From positions 64,001 to 128,000 of the forward strand of contig CAWFXA010000002.1 in assembly GCA_963819655.1 (NCBI GenBank): a stretch of DNA of 64,000 nt, in the 5' to 3' direction. Each line of letters begins with the position of its first letter. The first letter of the stretch is position 1. A model generated the notes under the pieces. It was not told where the DNA came from. It made no database searches and saw only the letters and a list, made by a program, of their open reading frames with translations. The DNA comes from an uncultured Chloroflexia bacterium. GTDB lineage: Bacteria > Chloroflexota > Limnocylindria > Limnocylindrales > CSP1-4. Below, piece after piece: positions 28,935 to 38,899 of this stretch. The position numbers and the translations under genes were made by a program.

Positions 28935-28971
28935 CCCGCGTTCGAGCCCTCGGTCAGCGTTCGAGCCTCCG

Positions 28972-29502
28972 TCAGCGTTCGCGAACGAGCTCCGCAAGCG
29001 GTCGTCGTCCGGTCCCGGGACCAGTCCGCGGCCGTCGAGCCTCGTCCGTCGGGTGTCCGATCGCGACGATGGTCCGAACCCAGGCCGGCGACGCGACACC
29101 CAGCAACGCCCCGACGCCGGCCTGTTCGGCGGCGCTGTCGGCCCAGCCGATGCCGCCACCGAGACCGAGTGCGCTCGCCGCGATCAGGATCCGCTCGGCC
29201 GCTCGGCCCTCATCGTAGGTGTCCTCGTCCGGATGTTCGCCGTTCATCGAGATGGCGATCCCGATGGGAGCCTTGGCCACGTGGCGCGCATAGGGGGCGA
29301 GCTCCGCGATCCGTCGCCGGACATCCCGATCGCGTACCACGATGAACGTCCACGGCTGGCGGTTCTCCGAGCTGCCGCTCCAGCGAGCGACCTCGAGGAT
29401 GGCCCGGATCGTCGCCACGTCGACCGGCTCGTCGGTGAAGCGCCGGACCTGCCGCGTCCGCCGCAAGGCCCGCAGCACGGTCTCGGCGGAGGCGTCATCC
29501 AT
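28972..29502 (-). CDS. Nitroreductase family protein
   Basis: RRTRQVRRF, ARWSGSSENRQPWTFIVV, AASALGLGG, VAIGHP. Confidence 0.9.
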   Translation of the reverse strand: MDDASAETVLRALRRTRQVRRFTDEPVDVATIRAILEVARWSGSSENRQPWTFIVVRDRDVRRRIAELAPYARHVAKAPIGIAISMNGEHPDEDTYDEGRAAERILIAASALGLGGGIGWADSAAEQAGVGALLGVASPAWVRTIVAIGHPTDEARRPRTGPGTGRRPLAELVRER

Positions 29503-29636
29503 GGCCGGAGTGTAAGTCGTCGCGCATACCCGGACTCGTCGGGTAGCCCCAAGTACCCGCGCCTCCGAGGACCATCGCCGCGTTCCGCCAGGCGCCCGCG
29601 GCGGATACGCTGCCCCTCCCCGGGAGTGCGACGACC

Positions 29637-30740
29637 ATGACCTACCCGCCCTCGACGCTTGCGCGCGACCGCCGCTCGCTGAGCCTGCCGGACCTCGCCT
29701 CGGTCGATGTCTCGAGACTCCGCTCGATCCGATTGCTGGGGCTGGCCGTCATCGGCCTGGCCGGGCTGGTCGTGCTGCTCCTGGTCCGCACGACCGGCGG
29801 GACGCCGAATCCCCTGACCTACCTGGGCTATCTGCCCGTGCTTCTCGGCGCCTACATCTTCGGGCTGCCCGGCGGCCTCCTGAGCGCGCTGTATGTCGGG
29901 ATCCTGCTCGGACCCGTCGCACCCGCGCTCGGTCTGCCAGGCAGCCAGGAGAGCATCGAGGCGTCCGTGGTGCGCGGCGCGATCCTGGTGATCGCCGGTG
30001 CGACCACGGGTGCCATGTTCGATCGGGTGCGGAGCAACCTCGTCGACATGCGCTCGGTCACCATCGAAGTCGTCGATCGACAGCGCGACGGGATGGTCGC
30101 CCTCGCGCGCGGTGCGGAGGCGAAGGACACCGACACGGGCGACCACGTCGTGCGCATCCAGGACATCGCCACCGAGCTGGCGCTCGCGACCGGCCTGGCG
30201 TCGGACACCGCGGCCGGCATCGGTTGGTCCGCGATGCTGCACGACATCGGCAAGATCCACGTCCCGGACCGGATCCTGCTCAAGCCGGGCCCGCTCGACC
30301 GCGCCGAGTGGGAGATCATGCGGCTCCACCCGGTGTGGGGCGACGAGATCCTGGCGCAGGGCGCCGGGTTCGAGGTGGCACGACGGATCGCGCGATCGCA
30401 TCACGAGAACTTCGACGGGTCCGGCTACCCCGATGGACTCGCCGGCGATGCCATCCCGCTCGAGGCCCGGATCGTGCGGCTGGCGGATGCCTTCGATGCC
30501 ATCACGCACGGCCGGCCGTACCAGGCCGCCCGACCCGTCGACCGGGCGCTCGAGGAGATCGACCGCCACGCTGGGACGCAATTCGATCCGCACCTGGCAC
30601 GACTCTTCGTCGACATGCTCAAGGGCGACCCGGCGCTGTGGTCTCGCCTCCAGCAGGCGCGCAAGCCGGACTGCTGGGAGAGCGCCTGGACGCCGGTGCC
30701 CGGTCCGTTCGGACACATCCAGGATGAGGCGTCCCGCTGA
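29637..30740 (+). CDS. Membrane-anchored HD-GYP cyclic-dinucleotide phosphodiesterase
   Basis: N-terminal TM helices, EAKDTDTGDHVVR, LHDIGK, HHENFDGSGYPDGL, ADAFDAITHGRPY. Confidence 0.93.
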   Translation: MTYPPSTLARDRRSLSLPDLASVDVSRLRSIRLLGLAVIGLAGLVVLLLVRTTGGTPNPLTYLGYLPVLLGAYIFGLPGGLLSALYVGILLGPVAPALGLPGSQESIEASVVRGAILVIAGATTGAMFDRVRSNLVDMRSVTIEVVDRQRDGMVALARGAEAKDTDTGDHVVRIQDIATELALATGLASDTAAGIGWSAMLHDIGKIHVPDRILLKPGPLDRAEWEIMRLHPVWGDEILAQGAGFEVARRIARSHHENFDGSGYPDGLAGDAIPLEARIVRLADAFDAITHGRPYQAARPVDRALEEIDRHAGTQFDPHLARLFVDMLKGDPALWSRLQQARKPDCWESAWTPVPGPFGHIQDEASR

Positions 30741-30780
30741 GCGCTTGAGATCCGCGCGCACCGGCCTACATCTGGTGGGT

Positions 30781-31206
30781 TCAGCCGTCCTTTCGGCGCG
30801 CCTTGAGCGCTTGCGCGTAACTGTCGCGGAGCCGCTCGAACTCCATCATGAGTGACTCGGCCTCCGACGAGCCGGGCTCCGCGGTGTTCATCCTCTGCTC
30901 GATCGCCCGCCACTCCTCGAGGATGCTCGCGAGCTCCCGGGCCGGGCGCATGTTCTCGATGGGCGGCAACGAGGCGGTCGTCGACTCGCGGACGATCTCC
31001 TGCGCGGTCCGCTCCTCTTGGTGCGCGAGCTCGACGACGACCTCGGCGGCGATCCTCACGGCTCGCGCGTGTTCGAGGAAGGACGGGTCGGCCGGCCGCA
31101 TGCCGCGCTTCCGTCGCTCGCGTGCGTCGGTCTCGGCGATCGCTTGGATCAACTGATCGGAGGTCGCGCGCAGGATCGCCATCTCGTCGGACAGGTCGTC
31201 TGTCAC
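30781..31206 (-). CDS. Hypothetical helical/coiled-coil protein
   Basis: GGAGG RBS before GTG 31206 and amphipathic helical composition. Confidence 0.7.
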   Translation of the reverse strand: MTDDLSDEMAILRATSDQLIQAIAETDARERRKRGMRPADPSFLEHARAVRIAAEVVVELAHQEERTAQEIVRESTTASLPPIENMRPARELASILEEWRAIEQRMNTAEPGSSEAESLMMEFERLRDSYAQALKARRKDG

Positions 31207-31411
31207 TCGCGTCCCTCCGTCTCTCGGTGCCGTGCCCCAAGAGGGTACTCCCCGGGTTGGTACCTCCGGGTCGTTGCCCGGATGCACCGGGGCGCCCACT
31301 CTCCCGGCACGGGTCCCGTGTTGCTCCCATCACTGGGGGATCGGTCGAGCGCCGGGGCCCTAACCCTCCTTGAGCGCCGATCACAGGGGTTGGCACGGAT
31401 ACCCTCTGCGG

Positions 31412-32155
31412 ATGGCCTCGTCCCGTCTCCAGCGCGCCTGGTCGTGGCTGATCACGCCACCGACCGACCCGATCGTCGACGAGGATCGACGCACGACGGA
31501 TCTCGTCGGCCTCAGGCTGCCGGCGCGCGCCTCGGTCGCCGTCGCGGTGACGACGATGGTCCTCCTGATCGACATCTCGCGGGTGCTCCTGCCCAGTGCC
31601 GTCGTCCAGCTCGGGCGCGCGCCGGACGCCCTGCGCGCGATCGCCCTGGAACGAGTGGTGCTCTTCGCGCTCGTGCCGTTGGCGGTAATCCTGCTCGGCT
31701 TCCGCGACCGGCCGGCGCGCTACGGCTGGACGCTCGGGGACGGACGCGCGGGCGCTGTTCTCAGCGTGGCCGGCTGCATCCTGATGACCCCGATCGTGCT
31801 GTGGTTCGCGACCATGCCGGACGTCCGGGCCTACTACGCGGCCAGCGCAGCGCCGCTGCCGGACATCGTCCTCACCAACGTCATCGATCTGACGACAGCC
31901 GAATTCCTTTTCCGCGGCTTCCTGATGCTGACGCTCGTCCGAGCCATCGGCCCGATCGGGGTGCTCATCGCCGTGATGCCGTTCGCGTTCGCCCACGTCG
32001 GCAAGCCCGCGCTCGAGCTGCTCTCGACGCTCGTCGGCGGGCTGGCGTATGGCTGGCTGACATGGCGGACGCGATCGATCGTGTGGGGATCGATCGCGCA
32101 CGTGTACATCCTCAGCCTGGTCACGGTCGCGGCAGCCCAGTCGCCCGGTCCCTGA
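31412..32155 (+). CDS. CPBP family intramembrane metalloprotease
   Basis: AEFLFRGFL, FAFAHVGKP, SIAHVY. Confidence 0.87.
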   Translation: MASSRLQRAWSWLITPPTDPIVDEDRRTTDLVGLRLPARASVAVAVTTMVLLIDISRVLLPSAVVQLGRAPDALRAIALERVVLFALVPLAVILLGFRDRPARYGWTLGDGRAGAVLSVAGCILMTPIVLWFATMPDVRAYYAASAAPLPDIVLTNVIDLTTAEFLFRGFLMLTLVRAIGPIGVLIAVMPFAFAHVGKPALELLSTLVGGLAYGWLTWRTRSIVWGSIAHVYILSLVTVAAAQSPGP

Positions 32156-32158
32156 GGG

Positions 32159-32650
32159 TCAGGCCCGAGCGGCGCCCCCTGCCCCCCAGCGCTTGAGCTC
32201 GGCATCCATGTCGAGGGGCATCACGACGCCCTTGCTCTCGAACTCACCCCACGCCTCACGCGGGACGCGCCACATGATCTCGAACTCGTTGCCGTCCGGG
32301 TCCGCTCCGTACAGCGACTTGCTCACGCCGTGGTCGGAGGCACCACCGAGTGCGCCCTCGGCCGACAGGGTTTCCGCGGCCATCGCGAGATCCTCGATCG
32401 TGGGAACCTCCCAAGCCAGGTGGTAGAGCCCGACCGAGCCGCGGGGCGGGCGCGGCGCGTCCGGCCCGACTGAGAACAGGCCGAGGTCGTGGTGGTTCTC
32501 GCCGTCAGCGGACCGCATGAACACGGCCCGCCCGCCGAAGGCCGACTCGACGACCTCGAAACCGAAGACCCGGCCGTAGAACTCGGCGGCGGCCGTGGCG
32601 TCGCGCACATACAGGACTGCGTGGTTGAGGCGTGCGACCGGGATGGTCAT
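32159..32650 (-). CDS. VOC/glyoxalase family protein
   Basis: RLNHAVLYVRD, NHHDLGLF, GLYHLAWEV, SDHGVSKSLYGADPDGNEFE. Confidence 0.9.
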   Translation of the reverse strand: MTIPVARLNHAVLYVRDATAAAEFYGRVFGFEVVESAFGGRAVFMRSADGENHHDLGLFSVGPDAPRPPRGSVGLYHLAWEVPTIEDLAMAAETLSAEGALGGASDHGVSKSLYGADPDGNEFEIMWRVPREAWGEFESKGVVMPLDMDAELKRWGAGGAARA

Positions 32651-32723
32651 CAGCGGGAAGGCTAGCCCCTCCAGCTGTCGCGCGCGAGCGAGCGCGACGC
32701 GCCTGAGCCCGTACCATCCCCCT

Positions 32724-33500
32724 GTGACCCGACGCGCAGTGACGTACGCCTCGTACCTCAGGGTGCCGGAGCTGCTGTCGCTCCAGGTCGAACGCTCGGC
32801 CGGACCTGACGGTGCGGAGCACGACGAGATGCTGTTCATCGTCGTCCATCAGGTCTACGAGCTGTGGTTCAAGTCGCTCCGGCACGAGCTTCGCGGCGTC
32901 CAGCTGGCGCTCGAGGAGGGCGACACCGATCGGGCGCTCCACCTGCTGAACCGCGTCCTCAAGATCCTCAAGACGCTGGTCGCCCAGGTCGATGTCCTCG
33001 AGACCATGACGCCGCTGCAGTTCCTGTCCTTCCGCGATCGGCTGGATTCGGCGTCGGGTTTTCAGTCGGCCGGCTTTCGGGCGATCGAGGCGATGCTGGG
33101 CTCGCGCGAGCCATCGGCGGTCGACGCCCAACCGGAGGGTTCCGAGGCACGGCGGACGATCGAAGAGGCGCAGTCGGCGACGTCGGTGTGGGAATCGTTC
33201 CTCGGCTACCTCGTCGAGCGCGGCCATCCCGTGCCGGACGACGCCGGCCTGCCGGATGCACGCGTCCAGGACGTGCTGATCGCGGCGTACCGCGACGACG
33301 CGGACGCCGGCCTGGTCGCCGAGCGCCTGGTCGATCTCGACGAGGGCATCCAGGAATGGCGCTACAGGCACGTCAAGATGGTCGAACGGACGATCGGCAC
33401 GAAACGCGGCACCGGCGGCTCCAGCGGCGTCGAGTACCTGCGGGGGACGCTGTTCAGGCCGGCGTTCCCGGACCTGTGGGAGATCCGCTCCCGGCTCTAG
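32724..33500 (+). CDS. kynA: Tryptophan 2,3-dioxygenase
   Basis: YASYLRVPELLSLQ, HDEMLFIVVHQVYELWFK, SGFQS, WRYRHVKMVERTIGTKRGTGGSSGVEYL. Confidence 0.95.
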   Translation: MTRRAVTYASYLRVPELLSLQVERSAGPDGAEHDEMLFIVVHQVYELWFKSLRHELRGVQLALEEGDTDRALHLLNRVLKILKTLVAQVDVLETMTPLQFLSFRDRLDSASGFQSAGFRAIEAMLGSREPSAVDAQPEGSEARRTIEEAQSATSVWESFLGYLVERGHPVPDDAGLPDARVQDVLIAAYRDDADAGLVAERLVDLDEGIQEWRYRHVKMVERTIGTKRGTGGSSGVEYLRGTLFRPAFPDLWEIRSRL

Positions 33501-33512
33501 GCAGCCCGCCGA

Positions 33513-35447
33513 TCAGGCGGCCTGGCCCTCCCAGACGAGCCCGCGACCCCGCCGCCGGCGATCGCGCTGCGTCGAGACGTCCGCGTGGAAGACGGCGACC
33601 GCCATGGCCGCGACGGTCTTCTCCTGACCCGCCACGAACGCCAGCCCGATGTTGGCCTGGCCATCGTGGATCTCCGTGCGCCGGACCTCGACCTGCAGCT
33701 CCAGCCGGCGAGCCGGCAAGTCGAGCGTCAGCCACAGCTCGCCGGTGGAGTCGTCGACCCGAGCAGGGACGCGGATCCGTGCGCCGCTGACCGACAGGTC
33801 GAGCAGCTCGCCGTGCTGACCGGCGAGGCGTGCCGGGACATGCACCGGCAGGCGTGTGCCCGCACGGCGGTTACCCGCGAAGCGCGACGAGCGGATGCGG
33901 CGGATCGCCGACAGAAGGAGGGCCAAGTTGACGGCCATGAAGCCGGCGGCCCCGATCGCGGCCCAGGGCGTTCCGTAGCGCAGCGGCGTCAGACCCAGCA
34001 GCGTCGCCGTGAACCAGACGAGGCCGATCGAGGATGCCGCAGCCAGGACCGTCAGCAGCCGCGGGACCGGCGTCCGGTGTCCGGCGCTCGAGCTCCTGCC
34101 CTTCGGTGTGACCTTGAACGTCGCAGCCCTGTTCGGCCAGAACAGCGCGAGGGTCGCCGGCAGGACGGCCGGCATGCGCAACACCTCGAAAAGCACCGAC
34201 AGGATCGGCGGGTAGTGGCCCCGCGCCAGCAGCCGCAGCGCGATGAACTGGATGCCGAGGGTAGCCAGGAAGAACGGCGCGAAGATCGCACCCGGTGCGT
34301 CGATCGGGACCGCGCCCGTGGCGACGACCGCCAGCGGGATCGTGATATAGGCGAACGTCCGCCAGCTGTCGAACCAGCCGAACAGCGTGGTGAGGAACGC
34401 CAGGCGCTGGCCGGCCGTCAGGCCCCGCCCGAACAGCGGATTCTCCTTGCGCAGGACCTGCATCGCCCCGAGCGCCCAGCGGTTGCGCTGGATCAGGTAG
34501 GACGTCGCATCGTCCGGCGCCAGGCCGCGAGCGACCACTTCGTTGTGATACGCGCCGGTCCAGCCCTTGCGGAACATCCGCAGGGTGGTGTGGATGTCCT
34601 CGGTGACGCTGTCCGTGCTCACGCCGCCGACCGAGCGCAGCGCCTCGACTCGCACGAGCGCGCAGGTGCCGCACCAGAACGAAGCCTGCCAGCGGTTCTT
34701 TGCGGGCGCGATGACCCGATAGAAGACCGCCTCCTCGTTGAAGATCTGCCCGTTCCAGCGGCGCTGGTGCTCGAACGATTCGATGTTGTAGAAGTCCTGC
34801 GGCGATTGGACGAAAGCCAGCTGCGGATCGTGGAAGTACGGCAGGAGTGCTGTCAGGAACCGCGCCGTCGGGACGTGGTCCGCATCGAGCACGCCGATGA
34901 TGTCGGCCTTGATATGACCGAGCGCGTGGTTCAGGTTGCCGGCCTTCGCGTGCTTGTTGTCCGGCCGGGTCAGGTAGCGAGCCCCGAGCGTCTCCGCGAG
35001 GGTCCGGATCTCCTCGCGCTTGCCGTCGTCGAGGACCCAGGTCTCGTGCGCGGGCTTCAGGGCGACGGCCGCGGCGATCGTCGGCAGGAGTACGTCGGGC
35101 GGTTCGTTGTACGTCGGGATGAGGATGGCCACGCGAGCTCGTGGCGGTCGTTCGCCGGTCGCATGCGGTTGGACGTCGACGCGCCACAGGGCCACCGTGT
35201 ACAGCGTCAGGCCGAACGCGTTGTGGACCTCGACGACGAACAGCGGGATCGCGACCCACCACCACTCCGCAGAGATCGTGCCTCCCAGGCGCCACGCCAG
35301 ATAGGCGACCGTGACGCCGATGGCGAGGAGTGCCACGCCGTGGATCAGCGCCCGTCGGGCGGCGGACTCCGGCGCGGGCAGCGACCCGTCGCGGAAGATC
35401 GGCGGATCCGCTGGCACCGCCTTGGTAGCAGGCGCGGTGGTAAACAC
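33513..35447 (-). CDS. bcsA: Cellulose synthase catalytic subunit-like GT2 with C-terminal PilZ
   Basis: PTYNEP, DDG, HAKAGN, DADH, QSPQ, TED, QRNRW, FKVTPKG gating loop. PilZ RxxxR (RAGTR) and DxSxxG (DLSVSG). Confidence 0.9.
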   Translation of the reverse strand: MFTTAPATKAVPADPPIFRDGSLPAPESAARRALIHGVALLAIGVTVAYLAWRLGGTISAEWWWVAIPLFVVEVHNAFGLTLYTVALWRVDVQPHATGERPPRARVAILIPTYNEPPDVLLPTIAAAVALKPAHETWVLDDGKREEIRTLAETLGARYLTRPDNKHAKAGNLNHALGHIKADIIGVLDADHVPTARFLTALLPYFHDPQLAFVQSPQDFYNIESFEHQRRWNGQIFNEEAVFYRVIAPAKNRWQASFWCGTCALVRVEALRSVGGVSTDSVTEDIHTTLRMFRKGWTGAYHNEVVARGLAPDDATSYLIQRNRWALGAMQVLRKENPLFGRGLTAGQRLAFLTTLFGWFDSWRTFAYITIPLAVVATGAVPIDAPGAIFAPFFLATLGIQFIALRLLARGHYPPILSVLFEVLRMPAVLPATLALFWPNRAATFKVTPKGRSSSAGHRTPVPRLLTVLAAASSIGLVWFTATLLGLTPLRYGTPWAAIGAAGFMAVNLALLLSAIRRIRSSRFAGNRRAGTRLPVHVPARLAGQHGELLDLSVSGARIRVPARVDDSTGELWLTLDLPARRLELQVEVRRTEIHDGQANIGLAFVAGQEKTVAAMAVAVFHADVSTQRDRRRRGRGLVWEGQAA

Positions 35448-35654
35448 CACCGGACCGTAGGGACGCAGACCGCTCCGAAACATCACGCGGGCGACCCAGC
35501 ACGGGTGACCCGAAAGTCCCACCCGAGCGATGGCCCACCTCGGCCACGGACGCGACCGACCCCGACGAAGGCGCTAGACTTCGCCGCGACCCCAAGTGTC
35601 CCCCGCGGGCTCCCCCACGTCCGCGGTCCCGTCATCTCGGAACAGGTGGTGCCC

Positions 35655-36803
35655 ATGAAGGTCGGTGTGGCCAAGGAGACCGCGCCCGGAGAGCGGCGCG
35701 TCGCCCTGGTGCCCGAAGCGCTCGGCAAGCTGCAGGCGGCCGGGCTCGAGATCCTCGTCGAGGCCGGCGCCGGGGACGGCGCCGCCATCCCGGACAGCGC
35801 GTTCACCGACGCGGGCGCAACGATCGTGCCGACCGACGCGCTCTACCAGCAGTCCGACGTCGTGCTCCGCGTCGCCAAGCCGGACAGGTCGGAGGTGTCG
35901 AGGCTGCGCACGGGCCAGGCTGTCATCGGCTTCCTCGCACCGCTGATCGACCCGAACCTCGCCAAGGATCTCGCCGCGAACGGCGTCACGGCCATCAGCC
36001 TCGATGCGATCCCGCGGACCCTGTCGCGGGCACAGTCGATGGACGCGCTCAGCAGCCAGGCGAACGTCGGCGGCTACAAGGCGGTGCTGATCGCCGCCAA
36101 CGCGTTCGGCCGCTACTTCCCGTTGCTCACCACGGCTGCCGGAACGGCCAAGCCGGCGAACGTGCTCATCCTGGGCATCGGTGTCGCGGGGCTCCAGGCG
36201 ATCGGCACAGCACGACGGCTCGGAGCGGTGGTCAAGGCGTACGACGTTCGACCGGAGACCCGCGAGCAGGCCGAGAGCCTTGGCGCGCAGTTCGTCAAGC
36301 TCAAGACCACGATCGACGCGACCGGCGCCGGCGGGTACGCCCGCGAGCTGACCGCCGAGGAGCGCGCTGCGCAGCAGGCCGAGCTCAACGAAGTGATCGG
36401 CGGCATGGACGTCGTCATCACCACGGCCCAGGTCCCGGGCCGCAAGCCGCCTGTGCTCGTGACCGCCGACGCCGTCGCGAAGATGAAGCCTGGCTCGGTC
36501 ATCGTCGACATGGCCGCCAGCACCCTGGGCGGCAACTGCGAGCTGTCGGAGGTCGGGGAGACCGTCGTGACGCCGAACGGTGTCACGATCATCGCGCCCG
36601 ACAACCTGCCGGCCAGCATGCCGGCCGGCGCGTCCGCGTTCTACGCCCGCAACATCTCGGCGCTCCTGCTCGGGATGGTCAAGGACGGATCGCTCAACCT
36701 CGACTTCGAGGATGAGGTCACGAAAGCCACGGTCATCACCAAGGACGGCGCGGTCGTGTCCGACGCCGTGAACAAGCTGCTCAACCCCGGAGGCCAGCCA
36801 TGA
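35655..36803 (+). CDS. pntA: NAD(P) transhydrogenase subunit alpha, dI domain
   Basis: MKVGVAKE..GERRVALVP, RAQSMDALSSQAN, GIGVAGLQA, GGYAREL, GGNCE. Confidence 0.95.
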   Translation: MKVGVAKETAPGERRVALVPEALGKLQAAGLEILVEAGAGDGAAIPDSAFTDAGATIVPTDALYQQSDVVLRVAKPDRSEVSRLRTGQAVIGFLAPLIDPNLAKDLAANGVTAISLDAIPRTLSRAQSMDALSSQANVGGYKAVLIAANAFGRYFPLLTTAAGTAKPANVLILGIGVAGLQAIGTARRLGAVVKAYDVRPETREQAESLGAQFVKLKTTIDATGAGGYARELTAEERAAQQAELNEVIGGMDVVITTAQVPGRKPPVLVTADAVAKMKPGSVIVDMAASTLGGNCELSEVGETVVTPNGVTIIAPDNLPASMPAGASAFYARNISALLLGMVKDGSLNLDFEDEVTKATVITKDGAVVSDAVNKLLNPGGQP

Positions 36804-37132
36804 CCCCCGAACAGATCGACACGCTGATCACGGGGCTGACGATCTTCACGCTCGCGATCCTCGTCGGGTTCGCGGTCATCAGCAAGGTCCCGGCCACCCT
36901 CCACACGCCGCTGATGTCTGGCGCCAACTCGATCCACGGGATCGTGCTGGTCGGGGCGATGCTCATCGCAGCCGAGGCGCGCGGCGGGCTGAGCCAGGCC
37001 CTGTCGCTCATCGCGGTCGCCTTCGCAACGATGAACGTCGTCGGTGGCTACGTCGTCACCGACAGGATGCTCCAGATGTTCCGGAAGCGACCTGTCGCGC
37101 CCAAGCCGGTCGCCGACGAGCCGGAGGCCTAG
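36800..37132 (+). CDS. pntA: NAD(P) transhydrogenase subunit alpha, membrane part
   Basis: VPATLHTPLMSGANSIHG, NVVGGYVVTDRMLQMF. Confidence 0.95.
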   Translation: MTPEQIDTLITGLTIFTLAILVGFAVISKVPATLHTPLMSGANSIHGIVLVGAMLIAAEARGGLSQALSLIAVAFATMNVVGGYVVTDRMLQMFRKRPVAPKPVADEPEA

Positions 37133-37135
37133 CCG

Positions 37136-38578
37136 GTGACCACGCTCCAGCTCATCGAGATCCTCGTTCGGATCGCCTGGCTCGCGGGCGCCGTGGCGTT
37201 CGTCATCGGTCTGGCCCGGATGAACTCGCCGGCCACCGCGCGAAACGGAAACCTCGTGTCGGCCGGCGGGATGATCCTCGCGATCGTCGCCACCGCGATC
37301 CTTATCCTGTCCCGCCAGCTGCTCGCGCCCGAGAGCTTCGGGATCCGCGCCTCGGGCTGGGCCCTCATCGCGGGTGGGATCATCATCGGTGGCGGGCTGG
37401 GCCTGTACACGGCCCGCGTCGTGAAGATGACCGCGATGCCGCAGCTGGTGTCGCTGTTCAACGCGGTCGGCGGCGGCGCCGCCGCCCTCATCGGGATCGA
37501 CGATTACCTGGGTCTTGTCGGCGGCGGCCACGTCCGTCTCGATGAGCACGTCTTCGTCGTGCTCGACATCATCATCGGCTCGATCACGTTCACCGGGTCG
37601 CTCATCGCGTCCGGCAAGCTCCAGGGCCTCATCCCGGGCAAGCCGATCCTGATCCCAGGCGGCCGGCTGGTGACTCTCGCGCTCGCGGCGATCGCGGTCA
37701 TCGCCTCGGCCATCCTGTTCGTCACGGGCACGCCGAGCCTTGCCCTGATCCTGCTGATCCTCGCCGCGTCACTGATCTTCGGGGTGACGATGACCCTGCC
37801 GATCGGCGGCGCCGACATGCCGGTCGTCATCAGCCTCTTGAACTCGTTCACAGGCACCGCGGTCGCGATGGCCGGCTTCGTCCTCGAGAACCCGGTCCTC
37901 ATCATCGCTGGCGCACTCGTCGGTGCATCGGGCGCGATCCTGACCAAGCTCATGGCCGACGCGATGAACCGGTCCGTGCTCAACATCATGCTCGGTGGCT
38001 TCGGCGGGGGCGACGACGCGGCCGGTGCCGCCGTGGCAGGCGCCGGCGGCTCGGTCCGCTCGATCAGCGCGGACGACGTCGCGATCCAGCTCGCGTACGC
38101 GCAGCACGTGATCATCGTCCCGGGCTACGGCCTGGCCGTGGCGCAAGCGCAGCACGCGGTCCGCGAGCTGGCCGAGCTGCTCGAGGCGCGCGGTGTCGAC
38201 GTCAAGTACGCGATCCATCCGGTCGCCGGCCGGATGCCGGGTCACATGAACGTGCTCCTTGCCGAGGCCAACGTGCCGTATCCCCAGCTCAAGGAGATGG
38301 ATGACATCAACCCGGAGTTCGAGCGGGCGGATGTGGCCCTCGTCATCGGCGCCAACGACGTGACGAACCCGGCTGCGCGACGGCCCGGGTCACCCGTGTC
38401 GGGGATGCCGATCCTCGACGTGGACAAGGCCAAGTCGATCGTGGTCATCAAGCGCTCGATGGGCCGCGGCTACGCCGGCATCGACAACGAGCTGTACACG
38501 AACGACAAGACCGGGATGCTCTTCGCCGACGCGAAGGAGGGTCTCGCGGCGCTGACCGCGGCGGTCAAGGCGCTCTAG
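37136..38578 (+). CDS. pntB: NAD(P) transhydrogenase subunit beta
   Basis: MTAMPQLVSLFN, IGGADMPVVISLLNS, VPGYGLAVAQAQH, HPVAGRMPGHMNVLLAEA, GANDVTNP. Confidence 0.96.
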   Translation: MTTLQLIEILVRIAWLAGAVAFVIGLARMNSPATARNGNLVSAGGMILAIVATAILILSRQLLAPESFGIRASGWALIAGGIIIGGGLGLYTARVVKMTAMPQLVSLFNAVGGGAAALIGIDDYLGLVGGGHVRLDEHVFVVLDIIIGSITFTGSLIASGKLQGLIPGKPILIPGGRLVTLALAAIAVIASAILFVTGTPSLALILLILAASLIFGVTMTLPIGGADMPVVISLLNSFTGTAVAMAGFVLENPVLIIAGALVGASGAILTKLMADAMNRSVLNIMLGGFGGGDDAAGAAVAGAGGSVRSISADDVAIQLAYAQHVIIVPGYGLAVAQAQHAVRELAELLEARGVDVKYAIHPVAGRMPGHMNVLLAEANVPYPQLKEMDDINPEFERADVALVIGANDVTNPAARRPGSPVSGMPILDVDKAKSIVVIKRSMGRGYAGIDNELYTNDKTGMLFADAKEGLAALTAAVKAL

Positions 38579-38657
38579 GGAGGGTGCCTTTGCCGCGGGG
38601 CCGAGCGGCGGTCGTACGTGTACCGCGGCGCCCCTGGGCCCCTCAGCGCAGCCTTTT

Positions 38658-38786
38658 CTTGCCAAATGTCCGCCAGGCGGTCATTTGGTCAAGCACCGCG
38701 GGTCGCCACTGACGGTTCGGTGCATGGTCATGCGTCGAGCTGGATAGATCCATGCGGCACGACCGCCGACCTTGCATAGTCATGCG
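38658..38786. repeat. Intergenic palindrome plus short direct repeat
   Basis: CTTGCCAAATGTCCGCC-A-GGCGGTCATTTGGTCAAG (38658-38693). TGCAT(G/A)GTCATGCG at 38721 and 38773. Confidence 0.5.
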
Positions 38787-38899
38787 CGATCCGAGCCCGC
38801 CAGGAGTCCGCTGGGCCTGACGAGTGCTCACCTGATGATCTTTTGACAGGAACCCGGCGATGCGCAGGGTTCGGCGCGCCCGACCCGACCGGACGGGCC

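Noticed and set aside
33585-35654. 690-aa N-terminal extension of PntA
   Set aside because: Antisense shadow of bcsA in a high-GC genome. Homology begins at MKVGVAKE (35655).
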